A stretch of DNA of 22,284 nucleotides, filler included, from Bradymonadales bacterium (lineage in GTDB: Bacteria > Bdellovibrionota > UBA2394), in the NCBI GenBank assembly GCA_007693605.1. It is 2 parts of 2 records of this genome, joined end to end, with 100 filler letters (N's around TTAATTAATTAA, not from the genome) between each part and the next. Parts side by side here need not be neighbours in the genome. Positions count along the whole stretch, not along the records: positions 11,836 to 22,284 come from REDG01000054.1; 1 more part is not named here. The stretch is one strand, 5' to 3'. This document shows, piece after piece, positions 16,554 through 22,284 of the stretch. The notes beneath the pieces were generated by a model that saw nothing but the letters and a program-made list of their open reading frames with translations, searched no databases and was not told where the DNA came from. Each line of letters begins with the position of its first letter. Within the stretch, counting starts at the first letter, position 1. A program made the position numbers and the translations under genes.

Positions 16554-17498
16554 TTACGACAAAGACTTAATCACATCTTTGACGAGACTGGCATCATTCA
16601 TCACATAGAAATGAAGGTTACGACAGCCCCTCTCAAGCAGCTCAACACACTGCTTCTTTGCCCAACGAACTCCAATTTCAGACGCATGTTCTGGTGAACT
16701 CGAAATCTCGTCTACCAGAGCCGTCGGCAGGTCGATGTAAAAATTTTTCGGCAGAGTCGTCAGCTGTTTTTCTGACCGAAGAACCTTGAGCCCAGGAATA
16801 ATCGGAACCTTGATGCCATGCTCGCGGCAGGCCTTCTCAAAATCAAAATACTTTTGGTTGTCGAAAAACATTTGAGTCACGATATACTCGGCCCCTCGAT
16901 CTACCTTTTCTTTCAGGTAGTGAAGATCGAGCTTCAAATTGGGGGCTTCAAAATGCTTTTCAGGATAGCCGGCCACCCCCACACAAAAGTCAATGGGATG
17001 AGCTCCCGTGATATCACTCACATAACGACCCTTCTTGATGTCCACCACCTGAGACACGAGGTCGGCAGCATAAACATTGACGGACCGGCCATTGCTAATG
17101 ACTTTCTTGTAGTTTGGGCCGTCGCCTCGAATAGCCAGAATGTTCTCCACACCCAAGTAATTCAATTCAATGAGGGCGTCTTCTGTCTCTTCTTTGGTAA
17201 AGCCCAAACAGAGGATATGAGCCACCGTATCGATTTTGAATCGATTCTGAATGATTCCACAAATCCCGATCGTCCCTGGCCTCTTTTTGTAGATTCGTCG
17301 CTCGACGCTCCCGTCAGGGTTCTCCTGGTAATAGGCCCCTGCCGCATGCGAAGTCACATCAATCCAGGGAGGATTGAAGGGAGCAAGGGCCTCAACGGCT
17401 TCAATCACATCTTGAACCGTCCGACCCCGAGGAGGCGGAACAATCTCGTAACTAAAGAGGGGGCCCTTCGCCCGCTCAATATGCTCGACAACCTTCAC
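16554..17498 (-). CDS. metF: 5,10-methylenetetrahydrofolate reductase
   Basis: Contains FSYEIVPP, IDVT, ILAIRGD, GVAGYPEKH, IVTQMFFD, PIIPG and LHFYVMN. It lies directly upstream of metH. The likely start is GTG 17498 (MKVVEHI) after AGGA. Confidence 0.95.
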   Translation of the reverse strand: MKVVEHIERAKGPLFSYEIVPPPRGRTVQDVIEAVEALAPFNPPWIDVTSHAAGAYYQENPDGSVERRIYKKRPGTIGICGIIQNRFKIDTVAHILCLGFTKEETEDALIELNYLGVENILAIRGDGPNYKKVISNGRSVNVYAADLVSQVVDIKKGRYVSDITGAHPIDFCVGVAGYPEKHFEAPNLKLDLHYLKEKVDRGAEYIVTQMFFDNQKYFDFEKACREHGIKVPIIPGLKVLRSEKQLTTLPKNFYIDLPTALVDEISSSPEHASEIGVRWAKKQCVELLERGCRNLHFYVMNDASLVKDVIKSLS

Positions 17499-17643
17499 TT
17501 TTTCATTCCTAGAATTAGACGACCCAAATGGCAATCTCAGATCAATCCTTTCATGGCACTTTCAGCCCAAAAGCGCTTAAAAAGATCTGCCCAGGGGGGG
17601 CTAAAGTTGATACAAATTGGAGGGGAGATTAGCAAAACGCACA

Positions 17644-19452
17644 ATGAGTTTTTTGTTTGAGGCCACTGAGAAGCTAAAGAAAGTCCTCTACTTTCTGGGA
17701 CGACGAACGAGTCTCTGGCTTGGGGTGAGCGTGGTGGCTGGAGTCGTCATGGGCTTTGCAGAGCTTGGCTTGAGCATTCTGCTTCAGGCCCTGCTGGTGT
17801 CTCTGGATATCATCCAGCAGGATATGAGCGTTTTAGGCGCAGACTTGGTCTTTCGACTCTCTTCTCCGATTCTGCTCTTGGTCGGGCTCTTTAGTATTAT
17901 CGCCATTAAGGGCATTGCCCATTTCTTGGTGAATCAAAGCTCTAGCGTAGCCCATGAGCTTATCAACGCCAGGCTTCGCTGTGTTGCCATTTACGATCTC
18001 CTTCACAGTAAAAACTTTGTGTCTGCAGCAGAGGTAAACGCAAAGATTGGAGATAGCTTTCCCAAAGCGGCCCAGTTTGCTCAACAGGCCTCACTTGCAA
18101 TTCCATCATTCATCCAATGCGTGACTCTACTTTGCTTTATGTTTTTGGCCGCCTGGAAGGAGGCCCTTGTTTCTCTTGCAATGATCAGTGTGATTGCCAT
18201 GATTGTATGGACCGTGAACCACCATGTCAGGAGAATCGCCTCGAAAGTGCCTGGCGAACAAGCGGCCCTTGTTCAAGGCATTGAAAGAATCGCTAGAAAC
18301 TGGCTCTTGGTTAAGGTTCTTCGCACCATTCGATTTGAGACAGATCGATTAACTCAAAACATCTTGAACTATTCCCTCCACTTTACTCGCTCTCGATTCT
18401 TGGCCAATGCCGCCTCAAGCCTTCCCATTGTTCTTGGAGGCCTTATGCTGGTGGTCATTGTGGCCCTGAACCTACGCGTTTTCTCGACCCCTGGGCCCGT
18501 TCTACTGGCCTTCCTTTATCTCTTGGTGAGATTTACTCAGCAATTGGCCGCTCTCGCGAGATCGGTAGGAGCCGCCAGCAGCTACTTCCCTCATTTTAAA
18601 ATTTCTGGGCAGTACTTTTTTCGTTTCAGCCCAGAACAACTGGATGAAGCCCTCCACCCAAGCAAGGCGTTAAATCTGGAGGGGAAACAAGAGTCACGGG
18701 GGGCGACATCACTGAGGGCGGCAAAAGCCCAGAGAGCTAAGCCATTGAATCGTCCCAAGGCCCCACAAATTGAGATCAACAGTTTAAGTTTTCGGTACTC
18801 GCCCGATCTTCCCTGGGTCATCGATGATCTGAATCTTCAGATCGCGGCGGGAGAGCAAGTCGGCGTAACGGGTCGAAGTGGCAGTGGAAAGTCGACTCTC
18901 TTGGGTCTGATCTTAGGAGTTCTTGAGCCCTCAATGGGAAAGATCTTAATCGATGGCATCAGCCCCAACGACTACTTTGAGACCGAAGGCGTAAAAGTTG
19001 GCTATGTTGGAGCGGAGCCTTTCCTGATCGAAGGCAGCATCAAAGAAAATCTTGAATACGGAAATGACCGAGACCTCCCCGAAAGCGAGTACTGGCAAGC
19101 CCTGGAATTCGCTGAAATGAAGGATTGCATCGAAGAAATGCCTGGAGCTTTGGACTACCGCTTGAAAGAAAATGGAGAAGGCCTCTCAGCCGGACAGAAG
19201 CAACGGCTTGCACTTGCTAGAGCCTTTTTAGCAAAACCTCAGATTCTGATTCTGGATGAAGCCTCAGCCAACCTCGACGAACGCACAGAGTCCCAAATCA
19301 CAGAAAAAATTCAAAGTTGCAAGGGAGCCTGGACGGTGATCGTTGTCTCTCACCGCCCCGGCATTCTCACCCACTGCGAGAAGGTTTATGATTTCGAAAG
19401 GATGGAGTTAAAAGAGACTTGGGGCTCTGAGGTGTTGAAGGAGTTAAAGTGA
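17644..19452 (+). CDS. ABC exporter, fused TMD-NBD (MsbA/PglK-like, probably glycan-related)
   Basis: N-terminal TM segments, Walker A GRSGSGKST, signature LSAGQKQ, Walker B ILILDE and switch SHR. The start could be ATG 17644 or TTG 17617. Confidence 0.9.
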   Translation: MSFLFEATEKLKKVLYFLGRRTSLWLGVSVVAGVVMGFAELGLSILLQALLVSLDIIQQDMSVLGADLVFRLSSPILLLVGLFSIIAIKGIAHFLVNQSSSVAHELINARLRCVAIYDLLHSKNFVSAAEVNAKIGDSFPKAAQFAQQASLAIPSFIQCVTLLCFMFLAAWKEALVSLAMISVIAMIVWTVNHHVRRIASKVPGEQAALVQGIERIARNWLLVKVLRTIRFETDRLTQNILNYSLHFTRSRFLANAASSLPIVLGGLMLVVIVALNLRVFSTPGPVLLAFLYLLVRFTQQLAALARSVGAASSYFPHFKISGQYFFRFSPEQLDEALHPSKALNLEGKQESRGATSLRAAKAQRAKPLNRPKAPQIEINSLSFRYSPDLPWVIDDLNLQIAAGEQVGVTGRSGSGKSTLLGLILGVLEPSMGKILIDGISPNDYFETEGVKVGYVGAEPFLIEGSIKENLEYGNDRDLPESEYWQALEFAEMKDCIEEMPGALDYRLKENGEGLSAGQKQRLALARAFLAKPQILILDEASANLDERTESQITEKIQSCKGAWTVIVVSHRPGILTHCEKVYDFERMELKETWGSEVLKELK

Positions 19453-20939
19453 GTCTCTATGCGGGCTCACCGAAGGGCCGGAAGAAGATATTAGTTTACA
19501 GCCCCATCAACTACTATGACACCTACTATTGCGTCCCTCTTGAAATCGCAACTCGCCACACGCGAGAAGGCAATGAAGTTCATTACCTATTTTGCTCCGG
19601 AGCGCTGAAGAACAGTGGAATGAAGCAGTGCCAGGAGCTCTTTGCTTGTCACTATTGTAAGGAAAGAGCTAAAACTGCTGTTGGCTACTTGGGCCTTCCG
19701 CAAGATCGAGTCCACTTCACGCCCCCTGTGAGCCTAAACATATCACTCGATCTTTCCGGGGCCCTGAGCAGCATGCAAAGCCTGAAGGACTTTCAATATA
19801 GAGGGTCCCCACTTGGCCTTGCTGTGGCATCCACATTGGTCAGTCGGTTTCGAGAAAGTCAGCTGGACTTGAGCAATTCAAAGATGCGGTCACTTGTTGT
19901 CGAAAGCTTGCAAACCTCAATTCAGCTGTTCGAATTTTCAGCGCAGTTTCTGGGGGATCAAAAATTTGATCACTTGTATATTTTCAACGGCCGAAGGGCA
20001 ATAAACCGCCCGGTCTTGGAAGCTGCTCGAAAATTGGGCCTTAAGTTTACAACCCTAGAAGCCGTGTCAGATGCCTCAAGAATATTTCAAAGTCCGGGCC
20101 GCCTGCCCCATGAAACTCCTCCCCTTAGACGAGAATTCGAGTCCTTTTGCCAGGCGCTAGAGAAGCCAGATCAGGCAATCCCCGCAGGTCGGCAGGTCCT
20201 TGAGGCTGCAAAGGAAAAGCATATGAAGGGAAACACTCAGCCTTTGCCCCCGGAAATCTCTGAGACCAACCGGGAAATAATTGCCATTTTTGTTTCATCC
20301 GATGACGAGTTGGTAGCGATTTGCCATGAAAACCATTTGCGTCTGTTTTCAAGTCAAAGTGAAGGGGTCTCTTATATTCTTGAGCAGTTTAAACATGATG
20401 CGGAAAAACTTTTCATTTTGAGAATTCACCCAAATTTGGGAGGCATAAAAAACACCCAAACACGGGAGTTTTCAAAACTCAAACAACGCAATCTGTATGT
20501 CATTCCTGCGCGATCCACTGTCAACTCGTACTCTGTCATCGAGGCCGCGTCTAAAGTGATTACATTCGGGAGCACGGTTGGCATGGAAGCGCTAACCTTC
20601 GGGAAAATGTCCGTCTTGCTCGGCCACACTGATTATCAAGACCTACCTGGGATAGTCACCCCCAACTCTAGAGAGGAGCTTGTTACAATCATCAGCCAGC
20701 CCCCGAAAACAATTGAGCACAGAGAGCAAGAAAAGGTCTATCTTTACGCTCATTGGAAAGCCACTCGAGGTATGAAGCCAAGTCATGTTTCAATACAATG
20801 GCATCGAGCTGGCTTGATAACTGGCGATGGCAAATGGCTAAAGACCAGCCTTTGGCTCGAGTTACTCTGGCTCAGCCTCCGATGTTTGAGGAAACTGAAA
20901 CAGGTTCTTCGAATAAAAATTTTTAAACTGCCGCCTTAA
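19449..20939 (+). CDS. Capsule polysaccharide biosynthesis protein, KpsS/KpsC-like (GT-B type)
   Basis: 496 aa. Contains YIFNGR, LRIHPN, VNSYSVI..ASKVITFGSTVGMEAL..GK...LG..DY. The start overlaps the ABC stop (GTGA). Confidence 0.7.
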   Translation: MSLYAGSPKGRKKILVYSPINYYDTYYCVPLEIATRHTREGNEVHYLFCSGALKNSGMKQCQELFACHYCKERAKTAVGYLGLPQDRVHFTPPVSLNISLDLSGALSSMQSLKDFQYRGSPLGLAVASTLVSRFRESQLDLSNSKMRSLVVESLQTSIQLFEFSAQFLGDQKFDHLYIFNGRRAINRPVLEAARKLGLKFTTLEAVSDASRIFQSPGRLPHETPPLRREFESFCQALEKPDQAIPAGRQVLEAAKEKHMKGNTQPLPPEISETNREIIAIFVSSDDELVAICHENHLRLFSSQSEGVSYILEQFKHDAEKLFILRIHPNLGGIKNTQTREFSKLKQRNLYVIPARSTVNSYSVIEAASKVITFGSTVGMEALTFGKMSVLLGHTDYQDLPGIVTPNSREELVTIISQPPKTIEHREQEKVYLYAHWKATRGMKPSHVSIQWHRAGLITGDGKWLKTSLWLELLWLSLRCLRKLKQVLRIKIFKLPP

Positions 20940-21102
20940 TGATCGTGGGTCACTGCTACTGACACGCACTCCAAAACTTGAAAGTTCATGTACTCGGCCA
21001 AAAGTGCAAAGAAGGGAGAAAGCTTTGGCAACATTTCGTTCACGACCTTCATCTATGATCTACAAAACAACGAGCGAGCGACAAGATGGGGTCGAGCCAC
21101 TC

Positions 21103-21960
21103 TCATATAGGATGGCTCGCAAGATACTGTTTGTGATGACTGATCACCCGTCCAATCCAAGTGCTCAACGGTGTTATCATCAGCACTAGCAAAATAACAT
21201 TCTCCCAGAAGAAAATTTGCATCGTGAACAAAGTTAGAACATGAAAGTTCAACATGACCCCTAGCCAGATCCAAGCGAACCTCACTGAAACCAAACAGAA
21301 CGGCGAAAGCACTTCAAACAATGTGGTAAAGAAGTAGCCGAACTTCGCGATTAGGGGCAGGCCCGGTAGACCAACGAGCAGGCCGCCAAACGCAACCTCA
21401 GGCCATGGGCCGTACATCAAACTCTTTTGGATAAAGTGGACAAGAATTGAATCCCCTGTAAATATTTCATAACCACCCCAGACGAAACGCCTAAGCCCAA
21501 TGAAACTGTAGGCGAGCAATAGCAACCCGAAAGAAAACTTCAAAAATGAGACAGAATGTTTAGAGCGATTAACTTCGGTGCCCGAAGGGAAAAAAATACC
21601 GTATAGCATCGCACAATAGAGTGGCCCCATTTGAGCGTGATTAATGAACCCGCCATAAGACTTCATGTAAGCATCAAACAATAGTAGGCCTAAGGCGCTC
21701 AATAAGGCGAACCCTCGAAAAGGTACAAAGTTAAAAGCAAGAGCAATGCAACTCACTAATAGAAGCCACCGAAACATGGCCACGAAAAACTTATCTCTCA
21801 ATAAATCGGTTGGCAGCATCTCCAAAAGTAGCGGGGGAGTAAATAGTACATCCGGCATTTCAACAAAGAGCTCCACAGGGTTGGATGCCAAGATCATGGT
21901 CCAAATCGTGAACAAGCCGAACTGCAACCCCAGTGTCCGGTGATACTCATCGCCCGACAT
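21103..21960 (-). CDS. Multi-pass membrane protein, HTTM-like
   Basis: 285 aa, hydrophobic. Contains GGFINHAQ, AYSFIGL.R, TTLFEVLSPF and FHVLTLFTMQIFF, recalling the H...FE...FH...M.I.F pattern of HTTM proteins. Confidence 0.6.
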   Translation of the reverse strand: MSGDEYHRTLGLQFGLFTIWTMILASNPVELFVEMPDVLFTPPLLLEMLPTDLLRDKFFVAMFRWLLLVSCIALAFNFVPFRGFALLSALGLLLFDAYMKSYGGFINHAQMGPLYCAMLYGIFFPSGTEVNRSKHSVSFLKFSFGLLLLAYSFIGLRRFVWGGYEIFTGDSILVHFIQKSLMYGPWPEVAFGGLLVGLPGLPLIAKFGYFFTTLFEVLSPFCLVSVRFAWIWLGVMLNFHVLTLFTMQIFFWENVILLVLMITPLSTWIGRVISHHKQYLASHPI

Positions 21961-22189
21961 TCACTGGTTCCTCCAAATACGAAATGTATTCGACTGTACG
22001 ACAAATGAAATCAGGGTGCATGCCATAGGTAAGTACATCAAAATCACAGAGATCAATGCCTATTCCTGTAATCTTCTTAGAATATTTCTGATTCCAAAGA
22101 GAAACGAGCGCTCCCAGCACTTCTCGTGATTCTGAGCGCTCTAACCTTAACAAACCATCTCGAAAAGCGCGAGAGCTGGTTGATGGCAC
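21947..22189 (-). CDS. 3' part of a hypothetical protein overlapping the HTTM-like gene (true start uncertain)
   Basis: The frame is open from 22234 to 21947. It overlaps the downstream gene by 14 nt and contains that gene's SD (GGAGGA). Confidence 0.45.
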   Translation of the reverse strand: MPSTSSRAFRDGLLRLERSESREVLGALVSLWNQKYSKKITGIGIDLCDFDVLTYGMHPDFICRTVEYISYLEEPVNVGR

Positions 22190-22284
22190 AACTCTATGAA
22201 ACGAAAAGTCAAAACTCTCTTCATCGGTGTGACCCTAAACCAAAAAACTGGGGAGAAGAAAACTTTAGATGCGGAGCGGCGTTT

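Noticed and set aside
17499..17643. SAM or cobalamin riboswitch upstream of metF-metH
   Set aside because: The gap is only about 145 nt, is shared with a divergent gene, and shows no recognisable aptamer motifs.
16818..17660. 280-aa plus-strand ORF
   Set aside because: Antisense shadow of metF with no recognisable motifs.

Overview
Bacterial DNA from a draft or metagenomic assembly. It consists of two pieces joined by an artificial 100-nt spacer (N44-TTAATTAATTAA-N44, 11736-11835), so the halves need not be neighbours. The left piece carries a BrnT/CopG-type toxin-antitoxin pair, mscS, a small membrane protein, a CPA1 cation/H+ antiporter and a PilZ-like protein. These are followed by about 7.7 kb of five co-oriented minus-strand genes for signal-peptide-bearing proteins: four orphans, including a 1253-aa helical protein, and one ankyrin protein. 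Each of the three transcription units in that block has a correctly spaced sigma-54 (-24/-12) promoter. Three otherwise unrelated proteins in the block end in the same motif, A-[VML]-[LVM]-x-A-C-x(4-5)-stop, which holds the only Cys of the mature chain. This is a candidate C-terminal export or tethering tag and the main finding. The right piece carries a hairpin-rich intergenic stretch, a Gly-rich RRM RNA-binding protein, metF-metH, an ABC exporter with a KpsS/KpsC-like capsule gene, and an HTTM-like membrane protein. The gene style is suggestive of Bdellovibrionota, but that is inference only.
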